DNA of 64,000 nt from an uncultured Planctomycetota bacterium (lineage in GTDB: Bacteria > Planctomycetota > Planctomycetia > Isosphaerales > Isosphaeraceae): assembly GCA_963845755.1 (NCBI GenBank), contig CAWJTV010000041.1, forward strand, positions 32,001 through 96,000, given 5' to 3'. The notes below the pieces were generated by a model. The model ran no database searches, was not told the origin of the DNA, and was given only the letters and a program-made list of their open reading frames with translations. The translations under genes and the position numbers were made by a program. How positions within the stretch are numbered: position 1 is the stretch's first letter; every line of letters starts with the position of its first letter. This document shows, one piece after another, positions 51,852 to 64,000 of this stretch.

Positions 51852-54800
51852 ATGGACATCGACGAATCCGCATCACGTCTCGATCCGGTCAACGAACTGG
51901 CTGAAGAGTACCTGCGCCGCCGCCGCCGCGGCGAGCACCCCACCCACCTCGAGTACGCCGCACAATACCCCGAGCATGCCGGGCGAATCCTTGACCTGTT
52001 CCCGGCCCTCGAGTTGATCGAGAGGCTCAAGCCCACGCCGGAGGACCAGACCCGACTTTCGGACGATCCTCGCGAAGTCTGCGAGCCGGCCGGCACCGGC
52101 GGTCGCGTTCAGCGGCTGGGCGGCTACACGCTGCTCCGCGAGCTCGGTCGCGGCGGCATGGGGATCGTTTACGAGGCCGAGCACGAGTCGCTCAAGAACC
52201 GGGTGGCGCTGAAGGTCATGCACCCGCGGTTCCGGGCCGACCGGGACTCCCTGCGGCGCTTCCAGACCGAGGCGCGGTCGGCGGCGAAGTTGCACCACAC
52301 CAACATCGTGCCGGTCTTCGACTACGGCCAGCAGGACGGCGTCTGCTACTACGCGATGCAATACATCGACGGAGTCGGCCTGGAGCGGGTGCTGAAGGAC
52401 GTCCGCCGCCTCCGGGCCGCGACTGCCGCGACACCGAGGCCGGAATGGGCGGCGCGGGACAAGGGACAGTGATCGACGCGCGTACGGATCCATTAACGGG
52501 CATCTCCCTCGGCCTGCTGACGGGAGGGTTCGCCGATACATCGACGGCTCCGCTCGTCGCGGGGTCGGACGCGACGGAGATCGGGACGAGCGACGGCGCC
52601 CCGCCCGGAACCGACGGATTGGCCCCGCCCCCCTCCGGTGGCGGAGCGGAGCCGGGTAGCAACTCGTTCTCCGGTCAACGTGAGTCGGTTTACTTCCGCG
52701 AGGTCGCCCGCATAGGAGCCCAGGTCGCCGACGCGCTGGACTACGCCCATCGCCAGCGGGTGATCCACCGCGACATCAAGCCCTCGAATCTCCTGTTGGA
52801 CTGCCAAGGGAACGTCTGGGTCACCGACTTCGGCCTGGCCAAGCTGGTCGAGGGGGACGATCTCTCGCAGTCGCACGATCTGGTCGGCACCATGCGGTTC
52901 ATGGCCCCCGAGCGGTTCCAGGGGGTCACCGACCCGCTGGGCGACGTCTATTCGCTGGGTGCGACGCTCTACGAGCTCCTGACCCTGAAACCGGCCTTCT
53001 CCGAGCGGGACCAGGCCCGGCTCAGCGACCAGATCGCGCACCAGCCGCCTGTGTCCTTGCGGCAGCACGACCGCCGCATCCCTCGGGATCTGGAGACGAT
53101 CGTCCTCAAGGCATTGGCCAAGGACCCCAAGGACCGGTTCGTGTCGGCGGGGGAGCTGGGCGACGAGCTGCGTCGATACCTGGAGAGCCGGCCGATCCGC
53201 TCGCGCCCCATCCCGACCTCCGAGCGGCTCTGGCGGTGGTGCAAGCGCAACCCCGGCCTGGCCGCACTGAACGCCCTGGCCGCGACCCTGACCACCATCG
53301 TCGTGATCGTCTCGACCGTGGCGGCATGGACCTACCATGGGCAGCGCAACGAGCTTCGTTTCGAGCAGCGGCTGACCAAGGCGAGCCTCTCCCGGGCCGA
53401 GCATGCCGAGCATGAGGGCCGGCTCGCCCTGGGCCAGTCGCTGGTCACCGAGGGAGCGGCGCTGCAACGCACGGGGTTGATTGGCCAACGGTTCGAGAGC
53501 CTGGACCGGCTCGGCAAGGCCGCGAAGGTCCTGGTCGCCGACCCCGAGGGCCAGAAACGATTGCCCGAGATTCGCAACCATGCCATCACCGCCCTGGGTC
53601 TGACCGATCTCCGCGTGAGCCGACAGCACGACGTCGGCGACGTCTTCGAAGTCGATGTCGATGCCGCCTTTGAGCGGTACGCCGTTGTCGAGAGGTCCGG
53701 CGAGATCGTCGTGCGCCGGCTGGACGACGACCGTGTGCTGGCCCGACTACCCGGGCCAGAACGGAGCGATTTCTGGCATGCTTATCCCGCCTTCAGCCCG
53801 GACGGCGAACTGCTGGTTACCGGATACAACCTGACCGAAGGCAGAGGCAATCTGATGCGAGTCTGGCACCTGGGACACCGGGAACTGATCGGCAGCCTGA
53901 CGAGTCGGGGAAGTGCACGTTTCCACGCCGATGGCCGCCGCCTGTTGTTTGGTGCGATGGAGGGGGGCATCGCCGTCTGGGACCGCATCGAGCCGCCAGG
54001 TCGTCCGGCGGCTACCGATCGACTTCGGGGCGAACGGTCTGGCGATCGATCCCGAAGGCCGGCGCGTCGCCGTCAACGACTTCGATCTGGAGAACACAAA
54101 TGGGTCGGAGCCGCGGGTCGCGATCCTCGATCTCGAAACCGGCCGCGTGCTGTTCGACTGGCGGTCGCAGGTCGGCAAAGGCGGTCTGGCCTGGAGCGCC
54201 GATGGACAGTTGCTCGCGGTCGGCGGTCACCTCGGAGATGTCTACGTCTGGAACGTCCGACGCGGGGCCCTGAGTGCCGTGCTTCAGGGGCATAACGCTG
54301 CGGTCCTCCACGTCCGCTTCGCGCGGCACGGGCTACCTGCTCGCGACCTCCAGTTGGGATGGCACGACCCGGCTCTGGGACGGCGTCTCGGGTGAGCCCC
54401 TGGCGATGGCGCCGGGCATCGTACGAGGCTCGTTCGCCCCGGACGACCGCCGTCTGGCCTTCGTTGTGGGTGGGAAACTCGGCGTATGGGACGTAGCCGT
54501 GGCCCCGGAGTGTCGGACGCTTCACCCCGGCATGCTCGGTAACCGCTCCGAGACGCGGGAGAAGCCCGTAGGGATGGCGGCGGATGTGAGCCCTGACGGC
54601 AGGATGGTGGCGACCTCCGCCGGGGACGGCGTCCACCTCTGGGAGGCCGACACGGGACGCGAGGTGGCCCATCTCAAGTCCGGATCCAGCGACACCGTGC
54701 TGTTTCACCCCGACGGAGGAAGCCTCATTACCACCGGCGATTGTGGCCTGGATCGCTGGCCGATTCGGCCCGATTCCGAAGGTGGGGCCGGAGTGCTGCG

Positions 54801-56633
54801 GATCGGTCCGCCCGAGTTGCTGTCGGCGACCCGGGCCAAGGCGTTTCCCCGGGCGACCTGGCTCCCCGATCGCCGAACGCTGGCGCTGACCGACAACGAC
54901 AATGCCCGAATCTTGCTCATCGATTCCAGCCACCCTCACCCAGCCTGGAGCCGGGTAAGGGCCCTCGATAGCGCGAAGAATCGCGGCATGACCTCGGTCA
55001 GTGTCAGCCCGGATGGACACTGGCTGGCAGTCGGCGGCTTGAAGGAAGCCGGCGTTCGGGTTTGGGACCTGCGCCGGCGGCGGCTCGAGCGCATCCTGCG
55101 ACCGAAGGAGTCCGTCAGCATCCTGTCCTTCTCTGTCGGCTTCAGCCCCGACGGTCGAACGCTGGTTTCGAGCACAGCCTTTGGAGCGGGCCTGTTTTCC
55201 TACGAGTTCTGCGCGTGGGGACCTGGGAGCCTGATCTTCGGATCGACCAGGAGCGCAACGGGAATGCATTCTACCGCCCGGCGTTCACCAGCGACGGCCG
55301 GCTGATGGCTCTGGGAATCGCGCCCGATCAGGTCATGCTGGCCGATGCCGCTACGGGACGAGAGCTAGCACGGCTGACGACCTTGCACCCGGTGACCCCG
55401 ACACCGCTCGTCTTCAGCCCCGACGGCACGAAGCTCATCGCGAGGACGAACCAAAGCAGCGTGCTGGTGTGGGACCTACGGCAGATCCGTGACCACCTCG
55501 GGCTGCTGGGGCTGGACTGGGACGCTCCACCGTATCCGACTGTCCCGGTCTCGCGCGACGCCCTTGGTCCGGTGCCCCCGCCGAGAGCGGTACGCGTGGT
55601 CGGCGAAGTCCTCGAGCCCCAGGCGCAGCGCGCCGCCGAATGGGCCGAGATGAACCGCCGCCTCACCGCCAACCCTGACGATACGGAAGCTCTGATCCAC
55701 CGCGGCTGGTTGTTCACTCAGCAGACGAAGTGGCCCGAAGCGATTACCGACCTCGAGCATCTGCTCCGGCTGCGCCCGGGCGATACCGACGCGTCCTGGC
55801 TCCTGGCCGAGGCGTACCTGGAAACGGGGAAACTGGCCGGCGCACTATCGGCCTTCAGCCGCTTGCTCGAACGAGCTCCTGAGGACCACGAGGCCCGATT
55901 CCAGCGCGGTCTGGTCGCGCTGGCCCTCGCCCAGCCCGTCCTGGCCGTGGACGACTTCAGCCGTGTCCTCGCCCACGAGCCGGAGCTGGACGATGCGCGC
56001 TACCGCCGGGCGCGGGCTCTGATCCGGCTGGGCCGGCACCGCGAGGCACTGGCCGACCTCGACCTCCTCATCCCGAAAGCCCCGGACAACTTCGTGCTAT
56101 ACGACCTCCGCGGCATCGTCCGCGAGGCCCTCGGCGACCACGAGCCATCCCGTGCCGATCGAGAAAAGGCTGGCTCGTTGCTGCCGAAAATCCCGAGCGC
56201 GCTCAACAGTCGGGCCTGGATCGACGCGACCGGCCCGTTCATCCAGCGCGACCCCGAGCGGGCTGTCGTGTTGGCGCGGCGAGCCGTCGGACTGGCTCCC
56301 GGCGACCATGTGATTCTCAATACTCTGGGTGTGGCTCTGTATCGCGCGGGTCAGTACGCCGAGGCGACCTTGATCCTGGAGCGGAGTCGCGCCGCGGGGA
56401 AGGGTGAGTTCGAAGCATTCGACTTGTTCTTCCTGGCGATGGCCCACCACCAACTGGGACACTGCCAAGAGGCGCGAGTCTGCTACGACCAAGCCGTGCG
56501 TTGGCTGGATGCACAGAAGAGCCTGCGCGACAAGTACGCCAGGGAATTGGCCAGGTTCCGCGCGGAGGCCCAGGCGGTCCTGGCCGGTTCCGCCGCTGAT
56601 CGACCCGTTAACGACTCCGCGGATCCGGAATAG
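51852..56633 (+). CDS. Ser/Thr protein kinase with WD40 and TPR repeats (several frameshifts)
   Basis: LGRGGMGIVY, HRDIKPSN, DFG, FMAPE; TM segment; FSPDG WD40 repeats; C-terminal TPRs (NTLGVALYRAG). Confidence 0.88.
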
Positions 56634-56889
56634 ATCACCGAGCCCGTCGATGAGAGATCGTCCTCACTCCCCTTTCGTTGCCGGCATGCATCGGGTCGCT
56701 ATCCTCGCGCCGGCGAGAAAGCTCCTCACGGAGGTTACAGGCTGTTTCAAGAGGAGGACTGGCTCCGAGTCTTCGAAGTGGCCTGGACCCCGGCCGGCTA
56801 ATCCGGCAAGTGAACGAGTCCGGAGGCTAGACCTAAGTCGCCGGCCGTGATTTCCTTGCACTCTTTGGGGTTCGGAGGCGGTTCCGAGA

Positions 56890-56954
56890 GGCGAGCGGGG
56901 GGCGTCAGCCCCTGTCTGATCGACCTGACAGGGGGTTGACGCCCCCCGCTCGCC
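56890..56954. repeat. REP-like long palindrome
   Basis: ggcgagcggggggcgtcagcccctgtc … gacagggggttgacgccccccgctcgcc. Confidence 0.75.
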
Positions 56955-57188
56955 CGGGACCCAGTGCTGGATAACTCTGGCCAGGTGCTTACGCGGTTCC
57001 CAGCCGCCGGCCCGAAAGTCCGATCGTCGGGGCCGATCGTCCACAGGCCCGGGGCGGTCTTTTCCAAAGTCGGTCTCCGGAGGCTCCGATGCAGGATAGG
57101 CCGTCATGCAGGATGAATATCTGAAAATCACCGGAGTCTCTGGACAAACGGGGCCGGCGCGCATTTAACTTGACCACCGGGCCGCGCG

Positions 57189-57431
57189 TTAAAGCTCGAC
57201 GATGGATTCTGACAGCGGCATTTGATTGCTGGCGCGTAGGCCGGTGATCGTCAATTGGAGCGACTTTCCCTTCTGGGAGCGGCCCAGCGAGAGCGTGACC
57301 GAGTCAGTGCCCGGAATGTACGACGCCGACAGGATGGGCACGACTTTGATCTTCTTCTTGTCGATCCTCTGTGTAATTCGGTAATTTCCCGTGTTCTGGG
57401 CGGTTTCGGCGTCGAGGGCACTGCTAAGCAC
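57189..57431 (-). pseudogene. orphan C-terminal fragment of a secreted planctomycete protein
   Basis: LDAETAQNTGNY…SASY…SVTL…LQLTI motif, with no upstream coding region. Confidence 0.5.
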
Positions 57432-57642
57432 CGTGCGAGCCGCTTCCCCGGGATTTCAGCTCGACGACCCCGTGGGCCGGCCAGGAATCTGGACCATTCT
57501 CGGCATCGACCGCACCTTGCTCGACGAGATCACGCGGCTGCGATGACCACGTCCTCGACCGACTTATTCCCCAGTCGCCCTGGAGCAACATTGCGATCGC
57601 ACGACGAGCCTTGGGGGGTTGCCTGGCCGTTCGGATATGATC

Positions 57643-60426
57643 TCATGGCGATACAGCGACTCCTTCTCTCGCTCTCTTCCCATCCGCGGGGACCGCTCCG
57701 ATCGCTGAGGTGGTGCCCGATTCGCCGGGCACGATCGTCTCCCGGAGCCGACCGCTGGCGGTGTCCCAGACCTTCACCGTCTGGTCCGCGCTGCCGGAAG
57801 CGAGGGTCTTGCCGTCGGGCGAGAAGACCAGGGCCCAGATGGTGTTGTTATGCCCCCTCAGCCGTCGCACCTCGGACCGAGTGGAAACATCCCAGAGGAT
57901 GATCTGGGTCGGCAGCAACTTGTAGTGAGGGAGATCGCTCTCGCCGTCGCCGACGGCCAGAAGCTTGCTGTCGGGCGAGAACCGAACGCAGAGCATTTCC
58001 GGGAAATGCTGGATCTGGCCGCTTTCCTTCCAGGTGGCCGTGTCCCAGAGCCTCGCAGTTGTGCCGCCCGCCGAGGCGAGCCATTTGCCGTCGGGGGAGA
58101 AGTCCAGCGACCAGATGGCGTGATGATGCCCCTCCAGGGTGGCCTTGAGTTGTCGAGTCGCCAGGTCGTAGACCTGGATGGTGTTCGCCTCGCCCCCGAC
58201 CGCCAACATTGATCCATCCGGGCTGACAGCGAGGGTCCAGATCCGTCGCGGATACCTCAGTGGCTGGCGATTGGCCAGGGTGTCCGGACCATGGAACCGG
58301 ACCCAGCCGTCCCAGTCTCCGACGGCGAGAATCGTGCTCTTGGGAAGGAACGCCAGGGCATTGATGGGCGAGCCCTGGTTCTCGCTGTGGTGGATCTTCC
58401 ACGCGCTTCCGTTTTCGAAGATCGTCAAGGTCCCGTCGAAGTTTCCCGCGGCCATGGTTTGGCCGTCCGATGAGAAGGCCACGCTCCGATAACCGGCAGG
58501 GTGCTGGAACCAGACGGCATCCCGGTGTTGCGAAAGATCCCAGACCCGGAGCATCGACTCGGGCTGGTCGGCTCCTTGCTGGCCAATCGCCAGGCGGCGA
58601 CCGTCCGGCGAGAAGGCGAGAGTCCAGACCATGTCGCGAGTCCAGGCTGGGTGTCCCGGATCGATCATCTGGCGCTTACGCTCGGACTTGTCGATGGAAG
58701 AGCCACTCGGCAGATTTGGCTCGCTCGGGAAGATCATCCCGGACGAATTACGCCCGAGCCTGACTGTCGTCTCACCGGTCGAGGGCCCGGAGAGCGGCTG
58801 CGTTCCCGAAGGCCGGACGGTCGCGGCCCCGAGATTCTCGAGAGCCGGCTCGAACTCGATGTTGACGATCTCCTTCCCACCCTGAGTGATGGCGACCAAC
58901 TGGTCGCGAACTGCCTTGCCATCCTTGATCGCTTTAACGCGGTGGTAGCCGGCGCGGAGCCGGACCTCCTGCGGCCCGGCGCCGCCGATGACCACGGTGT
59001 CGCCGTCGATCTGCACCTTCACCTTCGGATCGTCGACCTTGACGACCAGCGTCCCGTCCGGCGTCTTGATGCGAAAGATCGTGGCCACGAAGTTCGAGAC
59101 CTGGGTCAACCCCATCGCTTCCGTGACGCCGAGCGCACTCATGGTTAGCAGAAGGATCGCGGCGGCCATAGGCAACCGCCGAAGTGTGCGAGGCCACGGC
59201 GTGGTCGGGGGCGGCTTCAGTTCGAGACCACTCGCCTGGGAACTCTTGACCCTGGCAACCACCGGCGGCGGCTGGATTGTCGGCTGCTGGAGATGGGCGA
59301 GCCCTCTTTCCAGCAGGTCGGCCACCTCGGCGGCTGTCTGGAACCGGTCGGCCGGCTCCTTGGCCAGGAGCCGATCGATGGTCGCTTCGAGCCAGTCGGG
59401 CACGTCGGGGTTGAGCTCACGAATCGATCGATGCCGATCGTCGCAGACGCGCCTGAGAACGGCCATCGCCGAGTCCGCCCGGAACGGCGACCGGCCCGAC
59501 GCCATCGCGTACAGCGCCGCCCCGAGCGCGAAGAGATCGGCGCGCGCGTTCGACCGGCTCGCCTCGGGCCTGCTCCGGGGCCATGTATTGCGGCGTTCCC
59601 GCGATGAGGCCGCTCTGGGTCAGGCTGGCGTCGTCGATGGCCCTGGCCAGGCCGAAGTCGGTGAGCTTGACCCGCTCGACACAGTTCTCCAGCAGGATGT
59701 TCGCCGGTTTGATGTCGCGGTGCACAACTCCCTGGGCATGAGCGGCCGCCAAGGCGTGGGCCGCCTGCGTGCCGATCCTCAAGATCTCCCGCACTTCCAG
59801 CGGCCCTGACGCGTCGAGTTTCTCCTGGAGCGAACGGCCGGGAACATACTGCATGACGAGATAAGGCAACCCGCGAAACTCGTCGAACGGCATGGATCGC
59901 CACGATATGCTCGTGTCCCACCGCAGCGATGGCCCGGGCCTCGCGGGCAAACCGGCGGCGGGCGGTGGCGCCGTGGGACAGCATGGGGCTCAGCACCTTG
60001 ATCGCCACGGTCCGCTCGAGCACCGGGTCGCGCGCCTTGAGGACGACGCCCATCCCGCCTCGGCCCAGGACTTCGAGGACTTCATACGAGCCCAGGCGAC
60101 CGACGGTCTCCGGGCGAGTGGGATCGGGTGGGTCGAGGAAGCCGAGCCAGGCGTCGTCAAGGTCGGCGCATTCCTCCTCGCTCCCGGTCTCCGGGAGACC
60201 ATCGGGAAGGAGACCGGACGGCGGAGCACCCGGAGATGGCTCGCCACGGAGCAACATGGCATCACCCCAGTATCGGCTGGCAGCCGCCATCGCCTCGAGC
60301 GCCTCGGCGACAGTCCAGGCAGCACTCCAGGTGGCCGGCCAGCTCGGTTTGCTGGGCGTCGGACAGCCTGTCTTCCAGCGAGAGGCGCAAGCGATTGCGG
60401 TCGCATTCGTATGGTCGCGAGGCCAT
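57643..60426 (-). CDS. Ser/Thr kinase with N-terminal zinc anti-sigma-like motif and C-terminal WD40 repeats (frameshifted)
   Basis: HLECCLDC (HxxxCxxC), LGRGGMGVV, HRDIKPAN, DFG, YMAPE, TM segment, WD40 repeats. Confidence 0.88.
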
Positions 60427-60454
60427 GTGATTCCACCCCCTATGTGAGTGATTG

Positions 60455-61060
60455 CTAGGAAACGGATTCCCCTTCGACCTGTTCGATGATCGACTTGAGC
60501 CGGGCCATCACCCGGCTCCGGGCGATGTAGACCGCCCCGACCGAGATCCCGCTCGCCTGGGCCGCGGTCCGCGGGTCTTGTCCCTCGACCGCAGTCAGCC
60601 AGAACGCCTGCCAGGTCGATGCTCGAAATTCGTCGCGAACCTGATCGGCCGCCCAGTGGAAGACCCGTCGGCGATACTCGACGTCAAAAAGGGCGGTCTC
60701 CGCGCCGTCGGGCGCCGGCACGCGGTCCAGCAGTTCCTGAACTTCCGAATCGCCCGTAGCCTGGGGGCGGACGCGGCGGGCGGCCAGCAGGTTGATCATC
60801 AGGTTGCGGGCGATCCGGAACAACCAGCTCCGAAACGAGCCGCGCCACGGGTCCGGGTCGAAGCGGTCGATCGCGCCGGCCACGGCCCCAAAGACCTCTT
60901 GCACGAGGTCGGCGGCATCCGCCGATTGCAACCCTCTGGCGCGTGCCAGGCGCTCGATGAGTGGCGTATAGATCGCCACGAACTCGGCCCAGGCCCGCTC
61001 GTCGCGCGGGTCCTTGAGCCGAGCCAGCAGACTCTGCCGCGTCGCGGGCGAATCGGTCAT
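60455..61060 (-). CDS. ECF sigma-70 factor
   Basis: TRQSLL.RL…AW.EF…DA.DLVQEV…FRSWL..IARN…AVYIARSRV. Confidence 0.92.
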   Translation of the reverse strand: MTDSPATRQSLLARLKDPRDERAWAEFVAIYTPLIERLARARGLQSADAADLVQEVFGAVAGAIDRFDPDPWRGSFRSWLFRIARNLMINLLAARRVRPQATGDSEVQELLDRVPAPDGAETALFDVEYRRRVFHWAADQVRDEFRASTWQAFWLTAVEGQDPRTAAQASGISVGAVYIARSRVMARLKSIIEQVEGESVS

Positions 61061-61611
61061 ACGGTCCCTCCATAAGGGTACACAGGCGGTCTCGCAGTTT
61101 CTTTCAACCCGCCGCCCCGATTATTGGGCAATACGTGAAGAACATTGAGTCGCGGGTCGGTAGGCGAGTCTCGAGGGTGATGGACGACGATCACTAAGTC
61201 CGCCTCATATTTTAGTTTAAATCGCTTGTGCGGTCGCGTTTCGTCCGCCGGTTCCGGCTTCGCGCCGATTGTGCAACTCCGATTCGGCATCAGGAGTTCG
61301 CAATAAGTTTTTGACGTTTCCAGGAGGCGGTGCCAACGAGTACTGGAACGGCGTGGTCCGCTTTCGTCCTGGCGCAAACTGGCCATCGCGCTGAATGTGT
61401 TGGTTGGTACAATGGAGGGCAGAGCAAGATCGTCGGGAAACGGAGGTCTTTCCCCGGAAGGGACCAGGAGGATGGACTGGAAGATCGCCGCCATCATCCG
61501 GGTGCATACCGCAACGCTCCTCTCGTGCAATCTCGTGGATTTCCGAAAGGTCCCCGGTTGAAGGTCGAGGACCGGACCTTGTAGATCATCGGCGAAGCCC
61601 TACCTACTTAA

Positions 61612-63173
61612 ATGACGTCCGTTCCCAAGCCTCCTCCTCCTCACATCGTGATCGTCGGCGGCGGGCTGGCCGGCCTGGCGGTCGCGTCGAGCCTCGTGGA
61701 TCGCGGCCTGCGCATCACGCTCCTGGAAAGCCGCCCGCGGCTGGGCGGCCGGGCCAGCTCGTTCCCCGATCCGGTGACCGGCGAACTCGTCAACAACTGC
61801 CAGCACGTGAGCATGGCTTGCTGTACGAATCTGGCGGACTTCTGCCGGCGAGTCGGCATCGATACGATGCTTCGCCGCGAGCCCGCGTTGATCTTCCTCG
61901 GCCCCGAGGGCGCGATCTCGCGGTTCCGCACCGGACCAGGGCCGGCGCCGTTCCATCTGGCCGGCAGTTTCCTCTCGGCGCGGTTCCTGGGCCTGCGCGA
62001 CAAGCTGCGCGTGGCCTACGGGCTGGCTTGCCTGGCCTGGAGCCGCGACGATCGGCCCGGCGAGTCGTTCGCCGACTGGCTCTTGCGGCACGGCCAGACC
62101 TTGCGAGCCATCAACCTGTTCTGGGGTGCCGTGCTCGTCTCGGCGTTGAACGAGCGGCTCGACCAGATGGACGTCGGCCATGCCCGCAAGGTGTTCCTCG
62201 ACGGGTTTCTCCGCAACCGGACGGGTTTTCAGTTGGAGCTGCCCTTGGTCCCGCTGGGCGAGCTCTACGGCACGCGGCTGGAGGCGCTGGTTGGGCGATC
62301 GTGGCGTCGCGGTCCGGCTGACGACGGGGGCCCGCGCAGTTCGAGCCGGATAACGATGGTGCGACCGGCGGCGTGGTCCTCCGGTCGGGCGAGTTTCTCG
62401 CCGCCGACTTCGTCATCCTGGCCGTCCCGTTCGACCGGGTTCCGGACCTCATCCCCGCGGAGTTGAGGGATCGCATACCGACGGTGGCACATCTCAGTGC
62501 GATGCAGGCCGCGCCCATAACGGGCGTCCACCTCTGGTTCGACCGGCCGGTCTGTCCGTTCGACCACGTCGTGACGCCGGGCCGGCTGATTCAGTGGGTG
62601 TTCAACCACACGGCGATCCAGGGCCGGACGGCGCCCGTGGAGATGACGGATACGCCCGCGACGATCCCCGGTGGCGGTCAGTACCTGCAAGTGGTGATCA
62701 GCGCATCGTACGACCTGCTGTCGCTCGACAAGCTGACGATCCGGGACCGTGTGCTCGCGGAGCTGGCCGAGATCTGGCCGGTGGCCCAGTCGGCGAACCT
62801 GCTGCGATGGTGGGTCGTGACGGAGCACGGAGCGACCTTCGCGGTCCGGCCGGGCATCGAGACGCTTCGCCCGCCGCAGCGGACGCCGATTGACGGCTTC
62901 TTCCTGGCCGGCGACTGGACCGACACCGGCTGGCCGGCCACGATGGAAGGAGCCGTCCGCAGTGGCTACCTGGCCGCCCAGGAGATCCTCAAGGACCTCG
63001 ATCGGCCCACCCGGCTGATCCGCCCGGGGCTCAGGTCGGGCGCGTTGCCGCGCTGGCTCTTCGGTTCGGCCGAGTTCCGGCCCGCCCGATCCCCGTTGCC
63101 ACCGCCGGTTGCTGACGAACCGTCGACGGCCGCCATTCCCCATCCGCTTCCCGTCCCGACCGAGGGCCGCTGA
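61612..63173 (+). CDS. hpnE: hydroxysqualene dehydroxylase HpnE (frameshift near 62300)
   Basis: GGGLAGL, LGGRASSF, NCQHV…CCTN, LAGDWTDTGWPATMEGAVRSG. Confidence 0.9.
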
Positions 63174-63278
63174 GCAGGTCTCCCGGTCTGCCAGGTTTGC
63201 CGGAAAGTTGGACGCGCCTGGCCGTCGGCGCCCACTATATGAGGAATCTGACCAGACGAGGAGCCGGGGAGAAGGTCC

Positions 63279-64000
63279 ATGCGCGCTGGATCGTCGCGGG
63301 ACGTACTCAGGAATCTGCGGACCCTCTATCGATGCGGGGTGGTCGGGTCGCTGAGCGACGAGCAGTTGCTGGACCGATTCGTTGCGGTGTCGCGACGAGA
63401 CGGCGGAAGAGGCGTTCACCGAACTGGTTCAGCGGCATGGAGCGATGGTCCTGGGTGTCTGCCGTCGCATCCTCGGCGACGCACACGAGGCGGAGGACGC
63501 GTTCCAGGCGACGTTCCTCGTCCTGGCGCGGAAGGCGTCCTCGGTCGTGCGGCGCGAGAAGGTCGCGAACTGGCTCTACGGGGTCGCCGTCCGTACGGCC
63601 AGGGAGGCCCTCGGCCGCGCCGCGCGACGCCGGTCGAGGGAGGAGCGGGTGAGCACACCGATTCATGTCGAGCCTCCCGACGACGGATGACCGGAGGAGC
63701 TGCGGGCGATCCTGGATGAAGAGCTCGCCCGGCTCCCGGCGCGGTATCGGGGGCCCGTGGTCCTCTGCGAGCTCGAGGGCCTGTCGCGCCCGGAGGCGGC
63801 GCGTCGACTTCGGCATCCCCGAGGGGACGCTCTCCAGCCGGCTGGCGCGGGCCAAGGCCCAGTTGCGCGACCGACTGGCTCGTCGGGGAATGACGATCCC
63901 GGTCGTCGCCCTCTCGACCGCCATGCTCCGCGAAGCCCAGGCCATCACGCTGACTGGTTCACTCATCGAGGCGACCGTGCAAGCCGCGACGACCGTCGCG
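63279..64000 (+). CDS. ECF sigma factor with C-terminal extension (frameshifted, runs off window)
   Basis: [25 protein letters not shown]…[31 protein letters not shown]. Confidence 0.88.

Noticed and set aside
1..64000. Widespread pseudogenisation or programmed frameshifting
   Set aside because: Single-base indels hit housekeeping genes (XPB, hpnC/D/E, epimerase) and mobile genes alike, often in homopolymers, without accumulated in-frame stops. This points to long-read error; polishing or read pileups would decide.
1..64000. tRNA or rRNA genes
   Set aside because: None recognised by eye; tRNAscan-SE or barrnap would be needed to exclude them.

Overview
GC-rich bacterial DNA with strong Planctomycetota (Isosphaeraceae/Singulisphaera-like) signatures: 'LEQLDDRCLLS'/'LEDRTLLS' secretion motifs, ECF sigma + Ser/Thr kinase pairs, hpnCDE and heptamer intergenic repeats. 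Many genes carry single-base frameshifts, most likely long-read assembly errors. Bases 1-10.7 kb are an integron. It has five near-identical 58-60 bp attC sites, a candidate attI, a Pc-like promoter, a truncated intI and promoterless minus-strand cassettes; the array continues past the left edge. The array has been invaded by two tandem copies of a two-ORF DDE IS and by an IS21 element that splits a barstar-like cassette. The most striking observation is inside one cassette: a near-consensus sigma70 promoter, then a ~75-nt RNA made of two repeat+hairpin units, then an intrinsic terminator, then an NYN/PIN RNase gene. This is the layout of a type III (RNA-antitoxin) toxin-antitoxin module, but with a toxin fold not used by the classical type III families. 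The rest of the window holds an MFP/M50-peptidase export cluster with a partial gene duplication, housekeeping genes, an ECF-kinase-FG-GAP module, an XPB helicase locus, and hpnC-hpnD separated from hpnE by about 10 kb of ECF/kinase modules and remnants. All calls come from reading the sequence by eye; no database searches were run.
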